A stretch of DNA of 64,000 nt, taken from contig JAHCIT010000007.1 of assembly GCA_026129095.1 (NCBI GenBank), forward strand, positions 62,001-126,000. Direction: 5' to 3'. The position numbers and the translations under genes were made by a program. Positions within the stretch are counted from its first letter, which is position 1. Every line of letters starts with the position of its first letter. The notes below the pieces were generated by a model that had not been told where the DNA came from, ran no database searches, and was given only the letters and a program-made list of their open reading frames with translations. This document shows, piece after piece, positions 9,982 through 20,159 of this stretch. The stretch is from Deltaproteobacteria bacterium (GTDB lineage: Bacteria > JAGRBM01 > JAHCIT01).

Positions 9982-10953
9982 GTGGCCAGAAACCATTTCG
10001 TCACCGGCGCGGCCGGTTTCATCGGGTTCCATGTCTGCGAGCGGCTGCTCAGGCGCGGCGACCGCGTGATCGGTTTTGACAATCTGGACCCGTTTTATCC
10101 GCGGATCGTCAAGGAAGAAAACCTCAAGACACTCGAGCGGCTCGGGGACTTCCACTTCTGCGCAGGTGATATCCGAAGCCACGAGGATCTCGACGACGCC
10201 ATTCGCGGCCAGCCCAAGATCGATACCATCGCCCATCTGGCCGCCCGTCCCGGCGTGTCCAATTCGATCCTGAACCCGGCCGAATGCATGGATATCAATG
10301 TGCAGGGCACGGTTCAGGTATTCGAGCTGGCCCGACGGGTCCGCCCGGATGTTTGCGTGGCGGCCTCCTCGTCCTCAGTTTACGGCAACCAGACGAAAAT
10401 GCCGTTCGAGGAAGAGGATACCGTAGACCGTCCCATTTCGCCCTACGGTGTCTCCAAACGGGCCTGCGAACTGCTGGCCTATACCTACTGGCTCAATTTC
10501 GGGATTCCCTTCACGGTCATCCGCCCGTTCAGCGTGTATGGCCCGCGTGGACGGCCCGATATGGTGATATACAAGTTCGCCTGGCGGATGCGTGAAGGAA
10601 AGCCCATTCCGGTCTGGGGCAATGGCAGCCAGAAGCGGGATTTCACCTTTATCGGCGACTTCGTCGACGGATTTGTGGCAGCCCTCGACAAGCCGCTCGG
10701 CTATGAGATCATCAATCTCGGCGAAAACCGGCAGGTCGTATTGAACGATCTGATCACGGACATGGAGAAGGCCCTGAACGTGACAGCCATACGCGAGCAC
10801 CAGCCAGCCCGGACTTGGGACATTCCGGCTTCATGGGCATCGGTGGACCGGGCCCGGAAGCTACTCGGTTACGAACCCAAGACAGGCATCCGCGACGGCC
10901 TCCAGCAATTTGTTGACTGGTTCGCTACACTCAAAGAACCGGTCCGGATATAG
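9982..10953 (+). CDS. NAD-dependent sugar-nucleotide epimerase (UDP-glucuronate 4-epimerase-like)
   Basis: TGAAGFIG; ASSSSVYG; SPYGVSK; YGPRGRPDM; GTG start at 9982 inferred. Confidence 0.9.
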   Translation: MARNHFVTGAAGFIGFHVCERLLRRGDRVIGFDNLDPFYPRIVKEENLKTLERLGDFHFCAGDIRSHEDLDDAIRGQPKIDTIAHLAARPGVSNSILNPAECMDINVQGTVQVFELARRVRPDVCVAASSSSVYGNQTKMPFEEEDTVDRPISPYGVSKRACELLAYTYWLNFGIPFTVIRPFSVYGPRGRPDMVIYKFAWRMREGKPIPVWGNGSQKRDFTFIGDFVDGFVAALDKPLGYEIINLGENRQVVLNDLITDMEKALNVTAIREHQPARTWDIPASWASVDRARKLLGYEPKTGIRDGLQQFVDWFATLKEPVRI

Positions 10954-11013
10954 CAGTCTGTGGCCTCCCCATTGCCTCCTAATGCTTGATTTCTGACCAC
11001 ACTGGACCGGCTA

Positions 11014-11141
11014 CGCCTCGGATTTAGGCACGCCCGGGACACTTCTTCAAGTAGCCACTTCGTCACTATTTAATTTACATCAATAAATTCAGAGTGTTAT
11101 AGACATCAGGGGGCTATCGAACTGTTGGTACCGGTTTTGTA
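11014..11141 (+). promoter_or_regulatory. Putative sigma54-type promoter with upstream activator palindrome
   Basis: GCCT-N7-AGGC at 11015-11029; AT-rich IHF-like tract at 11085-11099; TTGGTACCGGTTTTGTA (GG-N10-GT) at 11125-11141. Confidence 0.4.
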
Positions 11142-11186
11142 ACAGAGCCTGAACCAACGTGCCTGAAGGAGGCAAAAGGGAAACAC

Positions 11187-12452
11187 ATGAAGAACAGAAA
11201 CACATTCCTAACGATCCTGACCGCCGCGTGCCTGTCGCTCGCGGCTACCGTGCATGCCCAGGAGACAAAATCTCATAGCGACGCAATGGCCGCCGCCGGC
11301 CACACTCAGCACAGCGCATCGGTATCTGGAGGCGAAGGCCTTGGGGGCTTTACCTTTACCGGATATGTCGATGCCCTCGCCGCTTATTCGACGGCTAGCC
11401 CCAACTTTCGTGGCGGCACCCGAATTGGGAACCCGCTGCTGGCAGGTTCGTCAGGTGGGCTCAACCTGATGAGCCCTACAGGGCTTCGTCCATGCCGTGC
11501 TAACACTAGTACCTGTCGTGACAACGACCTGACATTCCTGGCGGGTGAAGTCCTCCTGCAGATGCAGAAAGACTTTGGTGGCAAGGGCATCGCCGCAGCG
11601 ACATTGTCCTTCGCGGAAGCCGGATCCGGAACCGCTGGGCCCAATGAAACCGGTAGCACGGCCTTTGCTCTGACTGTCGAAGAGGCATATGCCGGTATCA
11701 ATATCGCGGAGAACCTGAACTTCTACATGGGCCGGTACATCGCACCCATCGGAATCGAATCGGTATGGTCCAATGCCCGGAAAAACATCACCATGTCGAA
11801 CCTGTTCGCCGGTTCCCTGCCATTCTACTACACCGGCGCCATGCTGGCCTACGAGCCTGAGTCCGGGCCGTTCTTCAAGGCGATGATCTTCAACGACGCC
11901 CTCGGCACCAACGATGATGGTGGAGTCGACAAAGGGTTCAGCTTTCTTGCCGGCATTACCCAGGAGAATATGTACGCCGGTCTGACCTGGGTGGCGAGTC
12001 CATCCACGCAGGCGGGAACCCGGAAGACCGACTGGTGGCATCTGTTCAACCTGGATCTCACCTTCACGGCCGACAAGGCATCCATCGCATTCGAGACGGT
12101 TTATTCGCGCAACTTTGTATCCGGATCTGACCAGCAGTGGATCGGTGCGATGGCAATCGTTGGATTCAAAGCTACAGATGCAGTCGAAGTCGGTCTGCGA
12201 GCCGAGTATAATTACCTGGATCCGGAGTTTGCTGCTGCAGTTGGCGTGGATCCGGCCACTTTTGGTGGTGCCCCGCTGGGATCATTCAAGGGTATGGGGC
12301 TTTCGCCATTCGTGATCTACACGGTAACGGACGGCCTCTTCGTCCGCGGTGAATACCGCTATGACGTCGAAAACCCGTTTGGGGGCAGCAAGAAGGGTGC
12401 GGAATACGGTCACGCGCATCTTCTTGGCCTGAACCTGAACGCCACGTTCTAG
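11187..12452 (+). CDS. Outer membrane beta-barrel porin (BBP2/DUF1597-like)
   Basis: Signal peptide; EEAY...GRY.APIG.E; RAEY and RGEYRYD strands; C-terminal Phe. Confidence 0.85.
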   Translation: MKNRNTFLTILTAACLSLAATVHAQETKSHSDAMAAAGHTQHSASVSGGEGLGGFTFTGYVDALAAYSTASPNFRGGTRIGNPLLAGSSGGLNLMSPTGLRPCRANTSTCRDNDLTFLAGEVLLQMQKDFGGKGIAAATLSFAEAGSGTAGPNETGSTAFALTVEEAYAGINIAENLNFYMGRYIAPIGIESVWSNARKNITMSNLFAGSLPFYYTGAMLAYEPESGPFFKAMIFNDALGTNDDGGVDKGFSFLAGITQENMYAGLTWVASPSTQAGTRKTDWWHLFNLDLTFTADKASIAFETVYSRNFVSGSDQQWIGAMAIVGFKATDAVEVGLRAEYNYLDPEFAAAVGVDPATFGGAPLGSFKGMGLSPFVIYTVTDGLFVRGEYRYDVENPFGGSKKGAEYGHAHLLGLNLNATF

Positions 12453-12473
12453 CCTGACCTTTACGGCCAAAAC

Positions 12474-12511
12474 GAAACCCCGCCCGGCAACCCGGGCGGG
12501 GTTTCTGTTTT
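12474..12511. terminator. Intrinsic terminator, probably bidirectional
   Basis: GAAACCCCGCCCGG-CAAC-CCGGGCGGGGTTTC hairpin plus T tract, between convergent genes. Confidence 0.9.
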
Positions 12512-12522
12512 CGACACATCGT

Positions 12523-13380
12523 TCAGATGGTTTTCAGGAAATCCTCGAGCTGGCGGCGCATCGAGCATGCGGGCAACTGCATCCTGTCCCCATGCCCCGG
12601 CAGTACCCATTCAAAGGAATAGTCCAGCAGTTTCTTCAGCGACCGTTTCTGCTCGGCCCAGGAATACCAGGCGACGCCGGGCGATGCTCCAAGACCATTG
12701 CGTTCACGGCTCCACCAGAGATGATCGCCGGAAAACAGGTATTTGCCGTCAACCAGCAGTGCGAGATGCCCTTTGCTGTGCCCCGGCACCGGAATGGCCA
12801 CAAATCCCGGGGCCAGATCAACGTCGGCAGTTCCTTCCAGCACCCGCTCGGCGTCCGGCTGGGCTGAAAGATCATCATGATGGATGGTGCGCTCCGCTCC
12901 GAACTGACGTGCGTATTTCCCGGCATCGGCCACATCGTCACGATGGGTCAGGAAGATGTGACGCACACCACCCGCCTCCTCAAACTTTTTGACCAGATGG
13001 GGAACAAACCGCGGCGCGTCCACCAGCCAGTTTCCCCTTGGGTGCTGGATGAAATAGCTGCTGCCACCAAACGAATCTTTTGAAGTAAATCCGCAGTAAG
13101 ACACCGGTCCATCAATGGGGAGCGGGAAATCCCCGATCACCTCGCGGGATTTGTTCTTGCCCAGTGTGCCAATGGAACCTGTCGGACAGGCCAGCATGGC
13201 CCGCGTGGCAGCGCGGGTGTCCGTTTCCCGCGACGGCTGCATGCATACGAAGGAATGGTCAGCCACCTCGTCAAAGGTTTCCGGTGCAAGCTGCCGGCAG
13301 GTGTCGCAGTTGATGCAGGTCGAGTCTACGAAAAAGTCGCCGGGGATATTCTCCGCCACGGCCCTGGCGCGGCTGGCCAT
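12523..13380 (-). CDS. Ferredoxin-fused MBL-fold metallohydrolase
   Basis: CINCDTC...CP; THRDD; PGHS; GDH; PGHG. Confidence 0.9.
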   Translation of the reverse strand: MASRARAVAENIPGDFFVDSTCINCDTCRQLAPETFDEVADHSFVCMQPSRETDTRAATRAMLACPTGSIGTLGKNKSREVIGDFPLPIDGPVSYCGFTSKDSFGGSSYFIQHPRGNWLVDAPRFVPHLVKKFEEAGGVRHIFLTHRDDVADAGKYARQFGAERTIHHDDLSAQPDAERVLEGTADVDLAPGFVAIPVPGHSKGHLALLVDGKYLFSGDHLWWSRERNGLGASPGVAWYSWAEQKRSLKKLLDYSFEWVLPGHGDRMQLPACSMRRQLEDFLKTI

Positions 13381-13386
13381 GGTTTC

Positions 13387-13842
13387 CTAGCCCCCGCTGC
13401 CTTGACCGCCACCTGCCCCCTTCACGACGAACTCGGTGAACGCGACACGGGCATCCCCGGTCCACAACTCCATCTGGTAACGGCCGGGCCCCTGTATCCC
13501 GAACTGCCGGGGAGTCAGCTTCGGCCCCGCTATGCACACAACAGAACGGTTTGGGTCCACATCAATGGTCGTGGAGTTGATTTCTTCCCTTGCTGTCTGT
13601 CCATCGGGCCCGCTGATCACCGCGAGATAAAGCTTGTGAACCTCGCTGCTCCCGAACGGGGAAGGACGCCGAATTGCCATGCTCATGGGTTCATCAATGG
13701 CGAATTCGCTGCGCACATTATCCAGTTCGCACATGGGATTCCGGAATGTCCCGAATTCAATCACGACACGGGAATCCACGGCCGGTCTGGAACACGAAGG
13801 AAACACCAGCCCCGCCAGCACCAGTAACCAGTATCTTTTCAC
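13387..13842 (-). CDS. Hypothetical lipoprotein
   Basis: GTG start overlaps the rlmN stop; signal peptide ending FPSC. Confidence 0.6.
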   Translation of the reverse strand: MKRYWLLVLAGLVFPSCSRPAVDSRVVIEFGTFRNPMCELDNVRSEFAIDEPMSMAIRRPSPFGSSEVHKLYLAVISGPDGQTAREEINSTTIDVDPNRSVVCIAGPKLTPRQFGIQGPGRYQMELWTGDARVAFTEFVVKGAGGGQGSGG

Positions 13843-15014
13843 CGCGGCACCTTCACTTTTCCCGTTTCGATACCCTTCAACATGCCGCAAGCGGCCGAAA
13901 TATCCCGCCCCCTCGGCGTCCGGACACGGGCGTTCATGTGATGGGCGATCAGGTAGTTCTGGAACTCCTGAACCTGTGCCGGTTCTGGCGTTTCAAGATC
14001 GGGACCAGGAAAAGGATTCCACGGCAACAGGTTGATCTTGCATGGAATATCTGCGAGCAGCGCGGCGAGCCGCCTGGCATCGTCAAGTGTGTCATTCAGT
14101 CCCTTAAGCATGACGTATTCTATCGTGATCTTCCGGCGGCCATCGAGCGGCACTTCGCGGAGCGCCTCGATCAGCCTAGCGATCGGCCATTTCCGGTTGA
14201 TCGGCATGATCCGGTCGCGAACCTTGTCGGTGGTCGCATTGAGCGACACGGCCAGATTTACATTCGTGATCTGGCCGAACTTGCGAATCTGGGGGACGAG
14301 GCCCACGGTCGAAACCGTCACCTTGCGCGCCGATATCTTGAAGCCGAAATCATCGGTCAGCACCTCACAGGCTTTGGCCACCTTTTCCAGGTTCTGGAGC
14401 GGCTCGCCCATGCCCATGAACACGATGTTGGAAAGCCGCCGCTCGGGAAACAGCTCTCTCATGGCAAGCTTGACATGAAGCACCTGTCCAAGGATTTCCC
14501 ACACTTTCAGGTTCCGCCGAAGCCCCATCCGCGCCGTCAGGCAGAATTCGCAAGCCATCGCACAGCCCGCCTGGGAGGAGACACACAGTGTCATCCGGTC
14601 GTCTTCGGGGATGAGTACCGATTCGATGAACTCCCCGTCGTCCATCCGGAACAGGAACTTGGTTGTACCGTCCACCGATTGTTCGCGCCGTGCTTCCTCC
14701 GGCATGCGGATTTCCGCCAGTTCTGCCAGCCCCTCACGAAACCCCTTGGCAAGGTTCGACATCTGGCCAAAATCAGTAATCCCCCGGTCATAAATCCAGA
14801 GCATCAACTGCCGGGCCCTGAACTTTTCCTTGCCCAGCCGGGTCAAATACGCCTCCAGATCGGAGGGGGAAAAATCGAGCAGATTCACCCGGCCCTCTTC
14901 AGGTTTAATGCCGGTAGTAGCAGGTGGTTCGGCCAGTTCGTTCAGAAACGTGGCATCGACCACCGCTGGGGCCCCGGGGCGAGTTTTCAACATCTGGTCG
15001 GTGGTCGCACTCAC
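13839..15014 (-). CDS. rlmN: 23S rRNA m2A2503/tRNA methyltransferase RlmN
   Basis: CAMACEFC; MGMGEP; DISAACG; start uncertain (15014 or 14993). Confidence 0.95.
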   Translation of the reverse strand: MSATTDQMLKTRPGAPAVVDATFLNELAEPPATTGIKPEEGRVNLLDFSPSDLEAYLTRLGKEKFRARQLMLWIYDRGITDFGQMSNLAKGFREGLAELAEIRMPEEARREQSVDGTTKFLFRMDDGEFIESVLIPEDDRMTLCVSSQAGCAMACEFCLTARMGLRRNLKVWEILGQVLHVKLAMRELFPERRLSNIVFMGMGEPLQNLEKVAKACEVLTDDFGFKISARKVTVSTVGLVPQIRKFGQITNVNLAVSLNATTDKVRDRIMPINRKWPIARLIEALREVPLDGRRKITIEYVMLKGLNDTLDDARRLAALLADIPCKINLLPWNPFPGPDLETPEPAQVQEFQNYLIAHHMNARVRTPRGRDISAACGMLKGIETGKVKVPR

Positions 15015-15335
15015 GTTACGGTTACCCGGACTCCCATAAATCCTGCCAGAAGGCCACTTGGAACATTTTGGACATTCCCCTGTGGAAAACAACCTGATTG
15101 GAAGAGTTGCCCGCCAGCATACCAGAATGGTTTCCGACGACGTAGATCACTTGTACCTATTGGCCCAATTGCGTAGCGTTCTTCGCACTTTACGGTTCTT
15201 CTTTTCGCCCGACAGGAACCTTGACCGGCGAGTCAAGCGGCGGTTATTGACGCGGGCCGTCGGCGGGGTATTCCGGGTTCCATCCCGGGCGGCCAACGTC
15301 GCGCAATCCATCATTCCGGCAGAAAGAGATTCCCC

Positions 15336-16886
15336 ATGACAATGGAAGCGAAACTGAAACTCCTGCGCGAGCGCGAGGCTTTGGCCGAGGCCGGCGGCGG
15401 CAAGGATCGGATCGAGAAGCAGCACAAAGCCGGGAAGCTGACAGCCCGGGAACGGATCGAGTTTTTCTTCGATCCCGGTACCTTCGTCGAACTGGACAAG
15501 TTCGTCGTCCATAACTGTTCGGATTTCGGCCTCGACAAGGAAAAATACTACGGCGATGGCGTCATCACTGGCTACGGCCTCGTGAACGGCCGGCTAACCT
15601 ATGCTTTTTCCCAGGATTTCACCGTATTCGGAGGCTCACTCTCCGGTGCCTTTGCCCGCAAGGTCTGCAAGATTATGGACCTCGCCATGCAGAATGGCGC
15701 CCCTTTTGTGGGCCTCAACGATTCGGGCGGCGCCCGCATCCAGGAGGGAGTTGATTCGCTTGGCGGATATGGCGATATCTTCACCCGGAACGTCCACGCC
15801 TCGGGCGTCGTTCCCCAGATCAGCGCCATCATGGGTCCCTGCGCCGGCGGTGCGGTCTACAGCCCGGCTATGACCGATTTCATCCTGATGACGGCCAAGT
15901 CGGCCTATATGTTCGTGACCGGCCCGGATGTCATCAAGACGGTAACTCATGAGGAAGTCACCAAGGAGGATCTCGGCGGCGCGCGCGCCCATTCGACACG
16001 CTCAGGCGTCTGCCACCTGACGGCGCCGGACGACAAACAGCTTCTCGCCCTGATCCGCGAACTGCTATCCTACATGCCTCAGAACAACCGCGAGGACCCG
16101 CCGGTAAAGCCCACCCGTGATGACCCCAGCCGGGCAACGACGGAAATCAGCCAGATCGTGCCAGATGAGGCGAATATCCCCTACGACATGAAGCAGATCA
16201 TCCGGGCGGTGGTTGACGACGGCGAGTTTCTGGAAATCCAACCGGACTATGCCCAGAATATCATCGTCGGCTTCGCCCGCGTGAATGGCCGACCGATCGG
16301 AATCACTGCCAACCAGCCCGATCATCAGGCAGGCGTCCTCGATATCAACTGCTCGATCAAGGGAGCGCGGTTCGTCCGGTTCTGCGACGCGTTCAACATC
16401 CCTCTCGTCACTTTTGTGGACGTCCCCGGCTTCCTGCCCGGCACTACCCAGGAATACGGCGGAATCATCAAGCACGGAGCCAAGCTCCTGTATGCCTTTA
16501 TCGAGGCCACGGTACCCAAGATCACCATCATCACCCGCAAGTCTTATGGCGGTGCGTACGTCGTGATGGCCTCAAAGCACTCGCTTGCCGACGTAAACTA
16601 TGCCTACCCGACGGCCGAAATCGCCGTGATGGGGTCGGACGGCGCTGTGAACATCATCTTCCGTGACGAGCTGAAGAACGCCAAGGACCCTGTTGCCGAA
16701 AAGAACCGGCTGGTGGAGGACTACAAAGATAAGTTTGCCAGCCCCTACAAAGCAGCTGAGAAGGGCTTCATCGACGAGATCATCCATCCGGCCGACACGC
16801 GCAAGAAGATTGCCCAGGCGCTTGAGATGCTGAAGAACAAGGTGCGCGTCAATCCTCCCAAGAAGCACGGGAACATCCCGCTCTGA
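15336..16886 (+). CDS. pccB: Acyl-CoA (propionyl-CoA) carboxylase carboxyltransferase subunit
   Basis: [36 protein letters not shown]. Confidence 0.92.
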   Translation: MTMEAKLKLLREREALAEAGGGKDRIEKQHKAGKLTARERIEFFFDPGTFVELDKFVVHNCSDFGLDKEKYYGDGVITGYGLVNGRLTYAFSQDFTVFGGSLSGAFARKVCKIMDLAMQNGAPFVGLNDSGGARIQEGVDSLGGYGDIFTRNVHASGVVPQISAIMGPCAGGAVYSPAMTDFILMTAKSAYMFVTGPDVIKTVTHEEVTKEDLGGARAHSTRSGVCHLTAPDDKQLLALIRELLSYMPQNNREDPPVKPTRDDPSRATTEISQIVPDEANIPYDMKQIIRAVVDDGEFLEIQPDYAQNIIVGFARVNGRPIGITANQPDHQAGVLDINCSIKGARFVRFCDAFNIPLVTFVDVPGFLPGTTQEYGGIIKHGAKLLYAFIEATVPKITIITRKSYGGAYVVMASKHSLADVNYAYPTAEIAVMGSDGAVNIIFRDELKNAKDPVAEKNRLVEDYKDKFASPYKAAEKGFIDEIIHPADTRKKIAQALEMLKNKVRVNPPKKHGNIPL

Positions 16887-16914
16887 ACCGGATACTGGAG
16901 CCAAACCACGAGTC

Positions 16915-18426
16915 ATGAGCACCAAGAAAATAAAGAAACTGCTGGTCGCCAATCGCGGCGAGATTGCCATTCGCGTCATCCGGGCGGCGCGGGATCTTGG
17001 TATCCCCACGGTAGCGGTCTATTCCGATATCGACAGGACCGCCCTCCATGTGCGCATGGCCGACGAGGCGTACCACATCGGTCCCACCGAGAGCGCCCAG
17101 AGCTACCTCAGAGCGGACAAACTGATTGACGTAATGAAAAAGTCGGGCGCGAATGCCGTTCACCCCGGCTACGGCTTCCTTTCGGAGCGGACCCACTTTT
17201 CCCGCGCCGTGATCGACGCCGGGTACATATGGGTCGGCCCCCCACCAGATGCCATCGATGCCATGGGTTCCAAGACGGCCGCCCGCCAGCAGGCGACCAA
17301 GGGTGGCGTGCCGGTGGTTCCGGGAGACAAGGAGCCTATTCGCGATGCTACCGATGCCCGCAAGACTGCCAAGACCGTCGGCTATCCGATCATGGTCAAG
17401 GCCGTAAACGGCGGCGGCGGCAAGGGGATGCGTGTCGTACGATCTGACGCCGAACTGGACGGCGCATTGGCGCTCGCCCAGAACGAGGCCCAGGCATTTT
17501 TCGGCGACAGCTCAGTGTATATCGAAAAGTACATTGAAAACCCCCGCCACATCGAAATCCAGATCATTTTCGACGAACATGGGAATGGCGTTCACCTGTT
17601 TGAGCGCGAGTGTTCCCTCCAGCGGCGCCACCAGAAGGTTGTCGAGGAGTGCCCCTCTCCGTTTGTCCGGCCCGATGTGGCCGCCAAAATGGGCGAAGAC
17701 GCCCTCAAGGCCGGCCGCGCCGTTGGCTACACGAATGCCGGGACGGTCGAGTTCATCATGGACGCGAACCAGAACTACTACTTCCTGGAGATGAATACCC
17801 GCATCCAGGTCGAGCACCCCGTGACCGAAATGGTGACGGGGGTCGATCTGGTGAAAACGCAGCTTCTGGTTGCCCAAGGCGAAAAATTGCCGTTCAGGCA
17901 ATCCGATATCGTCAAGCGCGGGCACGCCATTGAGTGCCGTATCTGCGCCGAGGATCCCGCAAACAACTACATGCCGTCACCAGGCCTCATTACCCACCTC
18001 CAGAATCCGGAGGGTCCCGGTGTCCGGGTGGACAGCGGTGTCTATGAAGGGTGGGAAGTCCCCATGTCCTACGACCCGATGATCGCCAAGCTCATCACCT
18101 GGGGCAGCGACCGCCGGGAAGCCACCCAGCGCATGCGCCGGGCCCTGCTCGAGTATAAGATCGGCGGCATCACGACCAACATTCCCTTCCACCTGGCGCT
18201 GCTGGAGCATCCCGATTTCGGCACCGCCGCCTTCGATACGCACTGGCTGGACAACAAGTTCAAATTCCAGGCCCAGCCGGCGCCAAGCGACGAAATGCCC
18301 CTCGCCCTCGCCGCCGCGGCCCTTGCGCGCAAGGATTCAGCCGTACCCGCAGCACAGCCTGATGGGGGCTCCAGCGGGAGCATGTGGAAGATCGTAGGGC
18401 GCGAGGCCCAGCTCCGCCGGCTCTAG
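16915..18426 (+). CDS. Biotin carboxylase subunit
   Basis: ANRGEIA; HPGYGFLSE; GGGGKGMR; EMNTRIQVEH. Confidence 0.95.
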   Translation: MSTKKIKKLLVANRGEIAIRVIRAARDLGIPTVAVYSDIDRTALHVRMADEAYHIGPTESAQSYLRADKLIDVMKKSGANAVHPGYGFLSERTHFSRAVIDAGYIWVGPPPDAIDAMGSKTAARQQATKGGVPVVPGDKEPIRDATDARKTAKTVGYPIMVKAVNGGGGKGMRVVRSDAELDGALALAQNEAQAFFGDSSVYIEKYIENPRHIEIQIIFDEHGNGVHLFERECSLQRRHQKVVEECPSPFVRPDVAAKMGEDALKAGRAVGYTNAGTVEFIMDANQNYYFLEMNTRIQVEHPVTEMVTGVDLVKTQLLVAQGEKLPFRQSDIVKRGHAIECRICAEDPANNYMPSPGLITHLQNPEGPGVRVDSGVYEGWEVPMSYDPMIAKLITWGSDRREATQRMRRALLEYKIGGITTNIPFHLALLEHPDFGTAAFDTHWLDNKFKFQAQPAPSDEMPLALAAAALARKDSAVPAAQPDGGSSGSMWKIVGREAQLRRL

Positions 18427-18462
18427 AACGTACTCCCCACGGGAAGGACAGGTTTCAACAGC

Positions 18463-18981
18463 ATGCAACTGCAGATCGAATGGAACGGCAAACCGGTCAC
18501 CGTACAGCTCCGGCCAAGGGACAACGGCACATGGGAAATGGAAAGCGGCGGCAAGATGTTCGCCGTGGATGTCCGCGCGATCACCCGCAACCTTTATCAC
18601 CTCATCCTTGATGGCCGCAGCTACGACGTTCAGGTGACCAGTTCCGGATCCGAAGTGATCCTGAGCCGCCGGGGCGGGAATATCACCCTCAAGACACCAG
18701 ACGAACGCAAATGGTCCGGGTCGGCTGCCGGTGGCGGCGCATCGGACGGCACCATAGCCGCCCCCATGCCCGGCAAGGTCGTGAAGTATCACATAAAGGT
18801 TGGCGATACAGTTCAGGCCGGACAGGGTGTTGTCATCGTCGAAGCAATGAAGATGCAGAACGAACTGAAAAGCCCTGTGAATGGCAAGGTCGTGAAACTG
18901 GGCCCCGCCGAGGGAACCGCCGTCGAATCGGGTATTCTGCTGATTCAGATTGAGCCGGACTCTGCATCCAGTCCCTCCTAA
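18463..18981 (+). CDS. Biotin carboxyl carrier protein
   Basis: APMPG; EAMKM. Confidence 0.95.
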   Translation: MQLQIEWNGKPVTVQLRPRDNGTWEMESGGKMFAVDVRAITRNLYHLILDGRSYDVQVTSSGSEVILSRRGGNITLKTPDERKWSGSAAGGGASDGTIAAPMPGKVVKYHIKVGDTVQAGQGVVIVEAMKMQNELKSPVNGKVVKLGPAEGTAVESGILLIQIEPDSASSPS

Positions 18982-19133
18982 AATATATTATTCCCAATAA
19001 TTACAGCGGCTTATAAGCATCTCCCATAACATTCTTGCAAATCGGGTAGCCTCCACTACTGTCATTTGCACGAGAGAACCGGCTTCCATACATACAGGGA
19101 TGTCCGGAAAGAAAGAGGAGGTCTATACGACCA

Positions 19134-19403
19134 ATGAAAGCACGTTCGACTGCAACCATCCTGTCACTTCTCGGCGCAGGCCTGATGGTACTGCCGGGCT
19201 GTCCGCCCAAATCCGAAGAAGCCGCCCCGCAACCGGCAGCGGTCCCGACACCGCCGCCTCCGCCACCCCCGGTTGAAGCCCCGCCACCCGCTGAGGAAGT
19301 TGTTCCAGCTGAGAGCGCCCCGGCAGAAGGCACTGCACCCGCAGAAGGTGCCGCTCCGGCGGAAGCCCCCGCCGGCAATCCGGCTGGCGGACTGACCCCC
19401 TGA
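19134..19403 (+). CDS. Small Pro/Ala/Glu-rich lipoprotein
   Basis: GAGGAGG RBS; LPGC lipobox; APAEG repeats. Confidence 0.75.
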   Translation: MKARSTATILSLLGAGLMVLPGCPPKSEEAAPQPAAVPTPPPPPPPVEAPPPAEEVVPAESAPAEGTAPAEGAAPAEAPAGNPAGGLTP

Positions 19404-19436
19404 TCCCACACGGTTTCCTGAAACAGGAATCCCGGA

Positions 19437-19477
19437 AGAACGCTCGACTCTGCAAGGAGCCGGGCGTTCTGTTTTCT
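19437..19477 (+). terminator. Intrinsic terminator
   Basis: AGAACGCTCGACTC...GAGCCGGGCGTTCT stem followed by GTTTTCT. Confidence 0.65.
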
Positions 19478-19487
19478 GGCCATTCTT

Positions 19488-20093
19488 TCAGGTGAAGTGG
19501 AACTCGTTCTGCTGGGAAACGGGAAGTCCCGCGCACCGCTCACGTATGACCGTCAGCCGTGTCCCCGTTTCCTTCCGGAGCACAGCCAGCTTGCTGCTCA
19601 CCTCGCCGCTCTCGCCAGCCGCACCGCCCGCACTTTCCCGAAGCTTGACGAGAATCGGCCCGGTCAGCTCCGCCGAGCGGATCAGGCCATCCAGAAGCAC
19701 CTGGCGGAATGACTCCACCAGTTCCACGGCCTCCTGCGGCTTGTCATGCCCGCTGTCCAGCCATGTCTTGATCTGGACCATCGCACGCGACGACCAGGCC
19801 CGGTTGAGGCTGCCTGTACTTTCAAGGGCTTTTTCGGTCTCGATCATCCACTCGGCAAGGCGGTCCCGGTCACCGATACTGAGCAGGGGGCCCGAAACGG
19901 CAGTATCGGCTGGCTCAGCCGCGGCATCCCCGCCGCCAGTCCGGGGCCTACGCTGGCGTGGCCGCTTGGCGGCCGGGACCGTCCCGGCCGGAAGAGTTTC
20001 CTTGCCCCTAGCCCATAGCCGATAGCCCAGAATGCCGGTTACAACGCCGCCGGCAAAACTCATCAACAAAAAATATCCAACCGGTGTCAGCAC
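19488..20093 (-). CDS. Hypothetical membrane-anchored protein
   Basis: N-terminal TM, helical body; fills the gap between confident genes. Confidence 0.55.
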   Translation of the reverse strand: MLTPVGYFLLMSFAGGVVTGILGYRLWARGKETLPAGTVPAAKRPRQRRPRTGGGDAAAEPADTAVSGPLLSIGDRDRLAEWMIETEKALESTGSLNRAWSSRAMVQIKTWLDSGHDKPQEAVELVESFRQVLLDGLIRSAELTGPILVKLRESAGGAAGESGEVSSKLAVLRKETGTRLTVIRERCAGLPVSQQNEFHFT

Positions 20094-20159
20094 GGATAAA
20101 GGGTTCCCGCACGCATCCTGTTAACCGGCAGCGGCGCGAAAAGTCCACCACCGAACCGG

